DNA of 64,000 bases from Planctomycetota bacterium (GTDB lineage: Bacteria > Planctomycetota > B15-G4): the NCBI GenBank assembly GCA_965248575.1, contig CBDFJQ010000002.1, positions 4,288,001 to 4,352,000 on the forward strand, in the 5' to 3' direction. Numbering within the stretch: the stretch's first letter is position 1; the number at the start of each line of letters is the position of its first letter. Below are positions 37,712 to 49,828 of this stretch, in pieces. The notes under the pieces were generated by a model that searched no databases, had not been told where the DNA came from, and worked only from the letters and a program-made list of their open reading frames with translations. A program made the translations under genes and the position numbers.

Positions 37712-38832
37712 GGGCGCGGCGTGCCGACGGGCTTGGGAGTCGATTTGCCACCGGCCGTGGCCAGGGCGAGCTTGCCCCAGTTGCGCGGGTGGAAGAGCAC
37801 GTTGTCGGCCTGGGCACATTCCCACGTGCACTTGCAAAGGGTGTCGCGGATCTCGTCGCGCAGCGCGCTGGACGGGGGAGCGTTCCAGAGCTTGCCGAGA
37901 TCCCAGTCCACCTCGTTCAGGTTGCCGATGCTCTTGCCGAGGATCTCGCAGGGATGCACATCGCCGCCCTCGAAGATGACGGCGGAGAGCGAGCCGGCCG
38001 TGCAGGGCAGGTGCGTCTGGGAGCCCCCGCTGGCGACGCCCGCGATGTGCTCGTACATCATGCGGTCGCGCGCGGTGGCCAGTTTGGCGAAGGGGAAGTC
38101 GAAGTAGGGCAGGGCCCCCTCGTCCATCAGGCGACGCTTGGTCTGCACCACCTCCCGGTAGCGGGCCACGTCCACCTCGAGCAGGTGCTGCTCCATGGCC
38201 GTGCCCCGGGCCAGGTTGATGGTGACGTTGTCCGGGCGCAGCTCGCGCACCAGTTCCTCCAGGTGCTCGGCGAGCACGTGCTGGTTCTCGCTGGTGACCG
38301 TGAGGTTGATGCCCACGCCCATGTTCTTGTGGCCGGCCGCCTGCATGCGGTAGGCGCGCACGCTCGCCATCGAGCGCTCGTGGCCACCGTCCATCTGGCG
38401 GATGGAGTCGTGAATCTCCGGCGGACCGTCGAAGGAGACGGACACGGAGAGGTAGGTGTCGGGGTTCTCGCTGACCATGCGCTCGGCGATGTCCTGCTGC
38501 TGTGTCTCCACCAGGCCGTTGGTGGGGATGGCCAGGTGGCGCAGCCCGCGTGAGCCGAAGGACTTCGCCAGCTCAGGCAGGTCCTTGCGCAGGAAGGGTT
38601 CGCCGCCGCCGAAGCTCACCCAGAGCAAGGGGCCCATGCGCTGGCTGGACGCCGCCAGGCGGTCCACCTGTTCGACGGAAGGGCCCTTGATGCCGGCCGC
38701 GACCTCTTCCCAGTGGAAGCAGTGCCGGCAACGCAGGTTGCACGCCCCCGTCACGAACAGGGTGAGGTGCAACGGGGGGCCCTTGCGCAGCAGGCCCCGC
38801 CTGACGAACGGCAGATAGCGGAGGGGATTCAC
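37708..38832 (-). CDS. Radical SAM protein with SPASM/twitch domain
   Basis: CNLRCRHC, GGGEPFLR, VSFDG, CTAG...GDVHPCE...CKCTWEC. Confidence 0.93.
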   Translation of the reverse strand: MNPLRYLPFVRRGLLRKGPPLHLTLFVTGACNLRCRHCFHWEEVAAGIKGPSVEQVDRLAASSQRMGPLLWVSFGGGEPFLRKDLPELAKSFGSRGLRHLAIPTNGLVETQQQDIAERMVSENPDTYLSVSVSFDGPPEIHDSIRQMDGGHERSMASVRAYRMQAAGHKNMGVGINLTVTSENQHVLAEHLEELVRELRPDNVTINLARGTAMEQHLLEVDVARYREVVQTKRRLMDEGALPYFDFPFAKLATARDRMMYEHIAGVASGGSQTHLPCTAGSLSAVIFEGGDVHPCEILGKSIGNLNEVDWDLGKLWNAPPSSALRDEIRDTLCKCTWECAQADNVLFHPRNWGKLALATAGGKSTPKPVGTPRP

Positions 38833-38906
38833 GACGCGAGGATTCTAGCCCGGAAGCCGCTGCGGATGGTTCGCGAAGCTGGAGCGATGTCCGGGATCCC
38901 GAATTG

Positions 38907-38950
38907 AAGACGACCCCGTGGTGGGCAGATGCCATCCACGGGGTCGTCTT
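38907..38950 (-). terminator. Long hairpin downstream of the actin-like gene
   Basis: AAGACGACCCCGTGG / CCACGGGGTCGTCTT perfect 15-bp inverted repeat. Confidence 0.65.
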
Positions 38951-39029
38951 GGAGTCCGTAGCTCAGGCCTGCGAAGAACCGGGTGGTGAGCTCAGGTTCT
39001 GCGCAGCGCTCCGAGCACCGGTACCGAGC

Positions 39030-40232
39030 TCAGCTGAGCTGTTCCCAGTACTCGGCCGGCATGTCCTTGGAGATCAGGAGCGCACCGTTGGCGCCCCCGA
39101 AGATGGGCTCCTCGACCTGCGTGACGTTGCCGCCACCGAGGTGCTCGTCCATGTAGGTGGAGATGGCTTCGGCGAGGCCGCGGATCTGGGAACCGCCGCC
39201 ACCCAAGAGCACGTTGTTCCGCAGGATCTCCTGGAACTCCGGGTCGAAAGAGGCCACCAGCTTGCCCAGCGCTTCGACGATGGGCGGAACGATGGTGAAG
39301 CAGGCTTCCTTCATCTCGTCCGTGATGTCGATATCGGTGGGCTTACCGTTGACGGGCCAGTTCACGATGATGGGCTCGGCCGTGGGGCGCACGGTGGAGA
39401 ACCTCTCCTTGGCGTCCACGATCATCTGATGGCTGAAGGACACCTCGGGGTGGTTCTTCTTGATCAGCTTGCTGAGGTTCTCGTCGATGACGTCGCCGCC
39501 GTGGTCGAGAGTCTGCTGATCCTCCTCCTCGGGCATGGTGCCGTGCATGCGGCAGAGGTCCGTGGTGCCGGCGCCGATGTCGATCACCAGGGCGTCGGTC
39601 AAGACGTTCATGCCGTAGGCCACGGAGAAGGGCTCGGAGCAGATGATGACCGAGTCGATGACTTCCTTGGCGGCCTCGAGGATGGCGTGCCGGTTGTTGA
39701 TGGACGCCTCAGCGGGCGCACCGATCACGCAGTAGACGAGGGAGTCGGCGGGGGCGTTGGCGGCGAGGATGGCGTTTTTCACCAGCTGGCGCGCGGCCTT
39801 CATGTTGGTGTTGGCCTCTTCGGCGCCCACATCAGCGGCACCGTCGGAACCCTTGATGACACCGGCTTCGAGCGGGCGGTAGACGTCCAGGGAGAGGCGC
39901 TTGGCGATGACGTCCTTGCCGAAGAGCACGTCCTTGCCGAGCAGCTTGCGGGAGACGACGTCCTTGGGGTAACCCACCAGGGACGGGAAGGATTCGCGCA
40001 CGCCGTTGCTGGCCGCGATGGCGGTGCGGGAGGTGCCCAGGTCCATGCCGATGTAGACGATGGCCTGCTCCTGGTCCTTCGACTCGTCGGTCTGGTCCTC
40101 AGGCGTACTGTCAGAGGACAGAGAGAGCGCTTGCTCCTCGCCAGCCTTGAGAGCCTTGCCAGCCTTGGCGGCTTGGGCGGTCGAGCTGTCGCCGTCGTTC
40201 GGGACGTTTTTCTTGCCAGTTGTGGTGACCAT
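39030..40232 (-). CDS. mamK: MamK-like bacterial actin
   Basis: GMDLGTSRT, SLVGYPKDVV, RPLEAGVI, VIGAPAEAS, SEPFSVAYG, VIDIGAGTTDLC.M.G..P..EDQ, GGGGS.IRGL; these match the MamK branch better than MreB. Confidence 0.85.
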   Translation of the reverse strand: MVTTTGKKNVPNDGDSSTAQAAKAGKALKAGEEQALSLSSDSTPEDQTDESKDQEQAIVYIGMDLGTSRTAIAASNGVRESFPSLVGYPKDVVSRKLLGKDVLFGKDVIAKRLSLDVYRPLEAGVIKGSDGAADVGAEEANTNMKAARQLVKNAILAANAPADSLVYCVIGAPAEASINNRHAILEAAKEVIDSVIICSEPFSVAYGMNVLTDALVIDIGAGTTDLCRMHGTMPEEEDQQTLDHGGDVIDENLSKLIKKNHPEVSFSHQMIVDAKERFSTVRPTAEPIIVNWPVNGKPTDIDITDEMKEACFTIVPPIVEALGKLVASFDPEFQEILRNNVLLGGGGSQIRGLAEAISTYMDEHLGGGNVTQVEEPIFGGANGALLISKDMPAEYWEQLS

Positions 40233-40285
40233 GGTGAATCAACCCTCTCGGTGTAGTGTGCGGAGGACAGGGCCCCCTCGGTCGG

Positions 40286-41065
40286 TCAGTCTTTGTTGAG
40301 CATTTGCCTGAGCTCGACGTTCAATTTGAAGATCTCGCCCAGCAGGTCCTTCTTCATTCCAAAGTTCGGATCGCCGGATTTGAGGCCTGGATCGACCTGT
40401 TCGCCAGCAATACCGGTGGGGTCCACACCTTCGGCGCGGGCCCTCTCCAGCATGTCTTCGGTTTCTTGGAGCTTTCGCTTGAGCTTTGAGATGCGGCGTT
40501 GCAGATGATTCAGGTTGGAGGCCTGGGCGGCCGCGGCGTTGGTGCTGAGCGCTGCCGCGTGCTCCTCGATGGCGGCATTCACCAGCTCGAGTGTTTTCTT
40601 GGTGAGGTCTTCGTGGATGCCCGCTGCGTTCTGGGTGTCGCTCACCTCGGCCGTGATGCGGCGCATGAGTTCGGCCACATCCTTCGGGATGCCGGCCTGC
40701 ACCGACTCCTGGGCGTGCTCGTACTCCTCGGTGGCCTTGTTCAGCTCGGAGGCGAGAGCCTGGCGGTTCTCGGCCAGCTCGTCCTTCTCGCGCAGCAGGG
40801 AATCCACCGTGCTCTGCAGGGCATCCCGCTCCTGCATCAATGAAAGGAACTCGTGGCGCACCTCGTCCTGGATGTCGCCCCGGTTCAGGTCGAGGCCCCG
40901 GCGCTGCAGGGTGTTCTCGATGGCGCGCTCGATGAGGGCCTGGATGTCCCGGAAGCTCAGCACGTTCACCGACTGGTGGCCGCGCTTCTTGAGGCCGTCC
41001 AGGGTGGTCCGCTGGGCCCGGCCGCGCATCATGTGGAACAAGTTGCGAGCGAGAGTGCGCGTCAT
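40286..41065 (-). CDS. Conserved-looking coiled-coil protein upstream of the MamK-like actin
   Basis: Start ATG 41065; heptad regions; C-terminal LQRRISKL...L..IF..N.ELR; 53 bp upstream of the actin gene. Confidence 0.85.
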   Translation of the reverse strand: MTRTLARNLFHMMRGRAQRTTLDGLKKRGHQSVNVLSFRDIQALIERAIENTLQRRGLDLNRGDIQDEVRHEFLSLMQERDALQSTVDSLLREKDELAENRQALASELNKATEEYEHAQESVQAGIPKDVAELMRRITAEVSDTQNAAGIHEDLTKKTLELVNAAIEEHAAALSTNAAAAQASNLNHLQRRISKLKRKLQETEDMLERARAEGVDPTGIAGEQVDPGLKSGDPNFGMKKDLLGEIFKLNVELRQMLNKD

Positions 41066-41416
41066 GGCTGGGCCGGTTCGGGGGGCAGTGCCAAATCTGG
41101 CACCGGAACTGGGCTTCCATCGGCTAGCTGCCGGAGATGCCTTGAGCGGATTGCCATCGATTCGGGGGTCGGGAGCGGGGGATGACCCGGTCGAACGCAC
41201 GCCAGGTGGGGAATCGGACCCGAAACTCACCAGGAGGACGGTGGTTACGCCTCCGCCGGTAGGTTCCTATGGGCAGCTGACGACGGTCTGACGCTGCCAT
41301 TGGGGGTCAACCCAGCGGCACGTCCGGTCGATGAAGACTCTCGCCCTTCGCGGGGCGAGCCGGGGTTCCCGAACCCTCCCCGGGCTAAGTCAGGATCAAT
41401 CAGTGGAGATGGGCCC

Positions 41417-42187
41417 ATGCGGTTGCCATTCGGGCGGAAGTCCAAAGACGACGAGGCCGAGGCTGCCAACCGGCCCGACCCGCTCGACGACGATCTGGTC
41501 GTCCTCATGGACCCCTCCCTCGACAGCAAGCTCGTGGTCTATCAAGAGCCGCGCAGCTTCCCGTCGGAGCAGTACCGGAGCTTCCGCACCAACCTGCGGG
41601 CCATGAACCCGGGGGATGCGCCGCGCACCCTGATGTTCACGTCCACCTCACCGGACGAGGGCAAGAGCACCACCATCGCGAACATTGCCCTGAGCCTGGC
41701 TGAGTTCTCGAATCTCAAGGTCTGTCTGATCGACATGGACCTGCGCTCGCCCAAGGTGCACGACTTCTTCGGCTTGCCGGTGGGACCCGGGGTGGTCGAC
41801 GTCCTGCTCGACCGCACGAACCCGCGCAAGGTGTTGCAGCCCGGCAGCTCGCCCAACCTCTCGGTGATCACGGCGGGGCGGCCCACCAACAAGATCAACG
41901 AAGTGACGTCCTCCGAGTACATGCAGGACTTCGTCGGGTTCCTGAAGCAGCAGTACAACTACATCCTGATCGACACGCCGCCCTGCGGTCTGTTCGGTGA
42001 TGCGTCCGAGATGAGCAAGGTCGTGGACGGCGTGATCCTCGTGGTGGCCATCGGGCAGACCATGAAGCGACAGGCGGACGCGACCATCTCGACGCTCAAC
42101 AACGCGGGCGCCAACATCATCGGCACCTTCGTGACCCATGTGCGTTCGGCTGAACCCACCGTCGTGCCGGACCTTGAAGAAGTCTGA
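41417..42187 (+). CDS. Stand-alone CpsD/CapB-like (BY-kinase/MinD-ParA superfamily) P-loop protein lacking the Tyr cluster
   Basis: EQYRSFRTNL, Walker A STSPDEGKST, A' LIDMDLRSP, B ILIDTPP; the C-terminus contains no tyrosines. Confidence 0.88.
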   Translation: MRLPFGRKSKDDEAEAANRPDPLDDDLVVLMDPSLDSKLVVYQEPRSFPSEQYRSFRTNLRAMNPGDAPRTLMFTSTSPDEGKSTTIANIALSLAEFSNLKVCLIDMDLRSPKVHDFFGLPVGPGVVDVLLDRTNPRKVLQPGSSPNLSVITAGRPTNKINEVTSSEYMQDFVGFLKQQYNYILIDTPPCGLFGDASEMSKVVDGVILVVAIGQTMKRQADATISTLNNAGANIIGTFVTHVRSAEPTVVPDLEEV

Positions 42188-42230
42188 AGTCTGAGGGCCT
42201 TCCGCCGCCGGTCGCAGCTTCAGGGCTGAA

Positions 42231-43757
42231 TCAGGGCAGCGTCGCCCAGGCCGGCAGTTGGGTCAGGTCCGCGCCGAAGACGGTGCCTGAGATCAACCAG
42301 AACACGAGCAGCAGGAGCGTCACGCCCAGGGCGTTGAACCAGATGCCGGCGCGCACCATCTCTCGCATGGGCACATAGCCCGAGCTGTAGACGATGGCGG
42401 CCGGGGGCGTGGCGACCGGCATCATGAAGGCGCAGCTCGCCGAAAGGGTGGCGGGGATCATCAGCAGTCGCGGGTCCACGCCCAGGGTCACAGCCGCCGT
42501 GGCGAGGATCGGCAGCACCATTTCGGCCGTGGCGATGTTGCTCGTGAGCTCCGTGAGCAAGGTCAGGGAGACGCAGACTGCGATGACAACGAGCCAGGGC
42601 GACATCCCCTGCAGGGACTCGAACTGGCCGCCGGCCCATTGGGAGAGCCCCGACTGGGTGAAGCCGGAGGCGAGCGCGAAGCCTCCGCCGAACAGCAGCA
42701 AGATGCCCCAGGGCACTTGAGTCGTCATGGGCCATTCGAGCAGGCGCTCGGCCGGGCGTTCGGACGACGGAATCATGAACAACAAGAGCGACATGGCGAC
42801 GGCCACGACTGCGTCGTCGATCTTGCCCTGCAAGCCCAACAGCTCCCCCCAACCCGGCAGGCGCGTCTCGCCCAACGTCAGCCCGGCGCGCGTCACCCAG
42901 AGCACGGCCGTGGCGACAAAGATCGTTGCGGCCCAGCGTTCGTCCCGGGACATGGCGCCCAGTTCTCGACGCATGCGGCCGATGGTCTCGTGGCCGCCGA
43001 GCAACTCTCCCCCAGGAAGGCGCACCACGACTCTCGTCAGCAGCAGCCAGCCCAGGATCAGGAAGCTGGCGGAGAAGGGCAGCGCGAGCATCATCCACTG
43101 CAGGAAGTCCACCTCGGGCGCGCCGGGGAAGAGGATGATGAACAGACGCGAGAAGGCGAGGTTGGGCGGCGTGCCCACCAAGGTCGCCATGCCACCCATG
43201 TTGGCGGAATAGGCCACGCCCAGCAGGATCGCTAGCCCTAGGCGCGCCACCAGGGCGTCCTCGGCGCCGCGCTCCCGGGCCGTTGCCAGCACGGACAACA
43301 CGATGGGCAACATGAGCATCGTGGTGGAGGTGTTGCTGATCCACATGGACAAGGCCCAGGTGGCGAGCATGAAGCCCAGCACGAGTCGGCGCGGTTGCGC
43401 GCCGACCTTGTGCACGATGAACAAGGCGATGCGCTTGTGCACGCCGGAGGTCTGCAAGCCCAGGGCGATCAGGAAGCCGCCCAGGAACAGGAAGATGGTG
43501 GAGCGGCTGTAGTTCACCGCCACCTCGGCGATGGGCGCGATGCCTGCGACGGGCACGAGGATCAAGGGCAGCAGGCCGGTCATGGCCACGGGCACGACCT
43601 CGGTGATCCACCAGGCCGCCATCCAGGCGGCGATGCCTGCCATGCGCCCGATGGCGGGGTCGTCGCCGGGCGAAAGGGCGACCATGAGCGCACCCAGGGC
43701 AGGCCCCAGCAGCAGCGCCCACCACGGACGTTTGGCCGGGGTCGTGATGATCTCCAT
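42231..43757 (-). CDS. SLC13/DASS family sodium:anion symporter
   Basis: WWITE, FLGGF, LSMWISNTSTT, GGMATLVGTPPN, TELTSN, AFMMPVATPP; start ATG 43757. Confidence 0.95.
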   Translation of the reverse strand: MEIITTPAKRPWWALLLGPALGALMVALSPGDDPAIGRMAGIAAWMAAWWITEVVPVAMTGLLPLILVPVAGIAPIAEVAVNYSRSTIFLFLGGFLIALGLQTSGVHKRIALFIVHKVGAQPRRLVLGFMLATWALSMWISNTSTTMLMLPIVLSVLATARERGAEDALVARLGLAILLGVAYSANMGGMATLVGTPPNLAFSRLFIILFPGAPEVDFLQWMMLALPFSASFLILGWLLLTRVVVRLPGGELLGGHETIGRMRRELGAMSRDERWAATIFVATAVLWVTRAGLTLGETRLPGWGELLGLQGKIDDAVVAVAMSLLLFMIPSSERPAERLLEWPMTTQVPWGILLLFGGGFALASGFTQSGLSQWAGGQFESLQGMSPWLVVIAVCVSLTLLTELTSNIATAEMVLPILATAAVTLGVDPRLLMIPATLSASCAFMMPVATPPAAIVYSSGYVPMREMVRAGIWFNALGVTLLLLVFWLISGTVFGADLTQLPAWATLP

Positions 43758-43885
43758 GGCACCTGGGTTAACCGAATGCCCTGCAGATCTCCAGTGATGC
43801 CGGCCTCCAGCCCGGCCTTGTTCGTCGGGTCGCTCCCCGGCAGGCTGGCTGACCACCCCGCGGACCAACCCACGGAGCAGTCGTC

Positions 43886-44059
43886 TTGCATCGCCTTGTC
43901 GCACGCATTCCCGCGCTGCTCCTCTTGGGGGTGGTGCTGCTCGGAGCCCTGGTGGCCATGAACGGCCTGGGGGAAGCCGGTGATCTCGTGGCCACGGCCC
44001 CGGCAGCCGTCTTGTTGGTGGCCTACCTACGCGCCGGACGGCGGGGGGGCGGGGCATGA
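43886..44059 (+). CDS. Small membrane protein (57 aa), not in the ORF track
   Basis: GGAG then TTG; MHRLVARIPALLLLGVVLLGALVAMNGLGEAGDLVATAPAAVLLVAYLRAGRRGGGA; stop overlaps the next ATG (ATGA). Confidence 0.55.
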   Translation: MHRLVARIPALLLLGVVLLGALVAMNGLGEAGDLVATAPAAVLLVAYLRAGRRGGGA

Positions 44060-44697
44060 ACCTCAGCCTGCCCAACCCCGTGGCCGCCGACTATCGCTTG
44101 GCTTTGCTGGTGGCGACTTTCCTGGTGGCGGTGCACGCCTACCGCAAGCTGTCGCCCTACTTCGCCATGACCTGGCTCGGTGCGGGTCTGCTTTTCGGTG
44201 CGTTGTGGGGCAGCCCGTCCTGGCGCCTGCCAGACGCCGTGCGGCCGGAAGTGGTGCTGCTTCCGGCGGTGCTCTTCTATCTCTCGGCGGCCGTCACCAA
44301 GGGTTTGGTGGAAACGCGCGACGGCGTACGTGGCAACCACTTCGTGCACGTGCTCATGACGGGGGTCATTGGCGGAGTGCTCGCGTTGCCCATCGAGTAC
44401 GCGGGACGCACGGCGGCCTGGCAGTTGCCCAGCACGGGCGTCCCGGAGCGAAACGGATTGGACGATGTGGTGGGTGGCCTGGTGGGTGCCGCTGAGGAGG
44501 GAGTCATCGGCGCCACGGAGTTGGCCGGTGTGCCGCTCGCCGTCGTGGCGGGCTGGGCTGTGGCCGCCACGGCCTTCTACGGCACCTACAAGATCCTCGA
44601 CCACATCGGGCTGAGCAAGGCGCTGCAATGCGTGTTGCTGTTCGTGGCCATGCCCTTCGTGGTTCAGGGCGTCGAGGCGCTCAACGCCTTGCTCTAG
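44056..44697 (+). CDS. Integral membrane hypothetical protein
   Basis: About six hydrophobic segments; GVPL....GW motif reminiscent of DUF422/CruF-like proteins (weak). Confidence 0.75.
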   Translation: MNLSLPNPVAADYRLALLVATFLVAVHAYRKLSPYFAMTWLGAGLLFGALWGSPSWRLPDAVRPEVVLLPAVLFYLSAAVTKGLVETRDGVRGNHFVHVLMTGVIGGVLALPIEYAGRTAAWQLPSTGVPERNGLDDVVGGLVGAAEEGVIGATELAGVPLAVVAGWAVAATAFYGTYKILDHIGLSKALQCVLLFVAMPFVVQGVEALNALL

Positions 44698-44724
44698 AGT
44701 TTGGGCCCGGTTTCGGGGCGAGCT

Positions 44725-46829
44725 TCAGGCCGGGGGCGGCGTGAGAATCAGCGCGCCCAAGGGCGGTAGGTCCAGCACCACGGACTGAGGCATCCCGTGA
44801 CAGCCTTCCGGCTGCGTGTCGATCTGCGTCGTGGCCTGCATGCCGTTGCCGCTGCCGCCAAAGTCTTCGGCGTCGCTGTTCAGCGCGACATGATAGGCGC
44901 CCTCGACGGGTGCACCGATGCGATAGGCCAGGCGCGGCACCGGCGTCATGTTCAGCACCACGAGCACGTGCTCTCCATCTGCCCAGCGCTGGTACGAGTA
45001 GACCGACTGCTCCCGGTCTTCGCAGTCGATCCAGGCGAAGTTGCCCGGGTCGGGGTCGCCCCGCCAGAGGCAGGGGGTGTCCCGGTAGAGCGCACCCAGC
45101 GTCGCCAGCAGCTTGTGCATGCCCTGGCGGTCGGCCTGATCACTGAGGTGCCAGTCGAGGCTGCTGTCGTGGTCCCACTCTTGTTCGCTGGCCAGCTCGG
45201 TGCCCATGAACAGCAGCTTCTTGCCGGGCCGTGAGAACTGGTAGCAGAGCAGCAGGCGCAGGTTGGCGAGCTTCTGCCACGGGTCACCGTGCATCTTGGC
45301 GTAGAGCGAACCCTTGCCGTGCACCACCTCGTCGTGGGAGAGGGGCATGAGGAAGCGCTCGGTGTCCTCATACATCATGGGGAAGGTGACGGCGTCGTGG
45401 TGGTGCGGCCGGAACAGCGGGTCGGTGCCGAAGTACTTGAGGCTGTCGTGCATCCAGCCCAGGTTCCACTTGAGGTGGAAGCCCAGGCCGCCGTCGGCGA
45501 TGGGGGCCGTGACGCCGGGCCAGGAGGTGGACTCCTCGGCCACGGTGATGCAGCCCGGCGTTTCTTCGCGCACCAGCGTATTCAGTTGCTTCAGGAACTC
45601 CAAGGCGTCGAGGTTCTCGCGCCCACCGTGCTCGTTGGGCACCCACTCCCCGGCGTCGCGGCTGTAGTCGAGGTAGAGCATCGACGCCACAGCGTCCACG
45701 CGCAGCCCGTCGATGTGGAACTCCTGCAGCCAGTAAAGGGCGTTGGACAGAAGCAGGTTGGCCACCTCATGCCGACCGTAGTTGAAGATCAGCGTGTCCC
45801 AATCCGGGTGGCGGCCTTTGCGCGGGTCCTCGTGCTCGTAGAGCGGCGTGCCGTCGAACTTCGCCAGGCCGTGGTCGTCGCCTGGGAAGTGCGCCGGCAC
45901 CCAGTCGAGCAGCACTCCGATGCCGGCTTGGTGCAGGCTGTCGATCAGGAAGCGCAGGTCGTCGGGGGTGCCGTAGCGCGAGGTGGGCGCGAAGTAGCCC
46001 GTGACCTGGTAGCCCCAGGAACCGCCGAAGGGGTGCTCCATGACCGGCATCAGCTCGACGTGCGTGAAGCCCAACTCCAGCACGCGCTCCACCAGCAGCG
46101 GGGCGATCTCCCGGTAGCTCAGGCTGCGGTTGCCGTCCTCCGAGCGCCGGGCCCAGCTGCCCAAGTGCACCTCATACGCAGACAGGGGCGAGCGCAGCGG
46201 ATCCCAGCTGCGGCGCGCCTGCATCCATTCGGCGTCACCCCAGTGGTAGGAGTCCGGCGCCATGACGCAGCTGGCGTGCCCCGGGGGTTGCTCCGTCCAG
46301 ACGCCGTAGGGGTCGGTCTTGAGCAGGATGTCGCCGGCCGCCGTCTCGATCTCGAACTTGTAGAAGACGCCGGGCTCGACGCCGGGAAGGAAGCGCTCGT
46401 GCACGCCCGAAGTCCCGAGCGGGCGCAGGGGCCAGCGGCTGCCGTCCCAATCGCAGAAGTCGCCCACCACCGAGACGCGCCGGGCGGCGGGCGCCCAGAC
46501 CGCGAAGGCCGTGCCCACCTCGCCCATGAGCGTCATGGGGTGCGCACCGAGCTTCTTGTCAATGCGCTTGAAGTGCCCTTCCGCGAAAAGGTGCAGGTCC
46601 GTCTCGCTCAGGGTCGGGGCGAAGCGTTCCTTGATGGGGGCAGTGATGGGAGCGGGTGCCGGAGCGGCGCTCGACTTCGCAGCAGCCTTGCCCGCGCCGC
46701 GACCGGAGGCTTTCTTCGCGCCGGTCTTCTTTGCACTGGCCTTCTTCGTGCTGGCCTTGGGCGCTGCCTTCTTGCGCACGGCTTTCTTGCGCACGCTCGG
46801 CTTCTTCTTGTTGGGTTCTGGGGCGGGGC

Positions 46830-46833
<4 letters not shown>
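44725..46833 (-). CDS. glgB: 1,4-alpha-glucan branching enzyme with Lys/Ala-rich N-terminal extension
   Basis: FAVWAP, YEVHLGSW, SWGYQVTGY, DWVPAHFP, GLRVDAVASMLY, AEEST, LSHDEVVHGK; GTG start overlaps the glgX stop. Confidence 0.97.
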
Positions 46834-48962
<2,129 letters not shown>

Positions 48963-49233
48963 GTGCGCGCCAGTGTAGGGGGCGGCAGGGCCGGTTTCAC
49001 GGCGCGTGCAACAGAGATTGCGCTCGGGATGCGGGGGCGTGTGCGTGGGCGTACGCGCGGGACGGCAGCGCTTCGCTCAGACGGGGCGTGTCCGGGCAAA
49101 TAGAGAAAAGCCAGCGCTGGTTGCCCGAGGTCGCTTCTCGTCGACCTACCCAGCGCTGACCCTCTCTGAGGAGGAGACTAGACCGGGATTTGGAGGTGGG
49201 CAAATGGGGCCCGGGCGGCCAGCCAGCCGCCCG

Positions 49234-49695
49234 CTAGTTCTCAACCATCGAAATGGGGAAGCCTTCGCCGCCTGCGACCACGAACGTCAGGTTCTTGGAC
49301 GTCGGTTCGAAGAGCATTTCTTCGAGCTGGGTCGGTTGCAGGGCCGGGTCGGTGCCCTCCTGCCCGGGGGGCACCACATGCAGCATCGTGCGACCCAGGA
49401 TCTGAGGCGGATCGAGGTCGAGGGAGAGCTGCAGCGTCAGGCTGATCTTGCGCAGCTCGCTGAAGAACAGGGGGTTGAAGCTCTCGGGGTCGATCGACCT
49501 GCTGCTGCCAACCGCGACGACACTCGCCAAGTCAGCCTCGCGGTGGGGCGGAGGCGGCGAGGTGACGACGGGGTAGGGGACGAGGGCGCCTGCCGTGTCG
49601 TTCTGAAGCTGGATTGTGTAGTCGCCGGCGCAGCTCGTGGCGAAGAGGGCGAGCAGGCACGAGGCGAGAAGGCGGGATCGGTGTTGGGTGTGCAT
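49234..49695 (-). CDS. Hypothetical lipoprotein
   Basis: GGAGG RBS; lipobox-like ATSC after a hydrophobic stretch. Confidence 0.75.
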   Translation of the reverse strand: MHTQHRSRLLASCLLALFATSCAGDYTIQLQNDTAGALVPYPVVTSPPPPHREADLASVVAVGSSRSIDPESFNPLFFSELRKISLTLQLSLDLDPPQILGRTMLHVVPPGQEGTDPALQPTQLEEMLFEPTSKNLTFVVAGGEGFPISMVEN

Positions 49696-49828
49696 GTGGT
49701 TTCCTCCTTTTCCAGCTGCCAGGGTACAGGAGGCTCAGGCGCCTGCGTGGTCGGTTTGGGTCGGTTCCAGGCGGTGCTTGGTCGCGCATGAGTTGGTGCC
49801 TCTAGTCTTGAAGAGTTCCTCGCTCCCT

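Noticed and set aside
39030..40232. Magnetosome island
   Set aside because: No other mam/mms/mad genes were recognised in the window; a MamK-like actin alone does not imply magnetotaxis.
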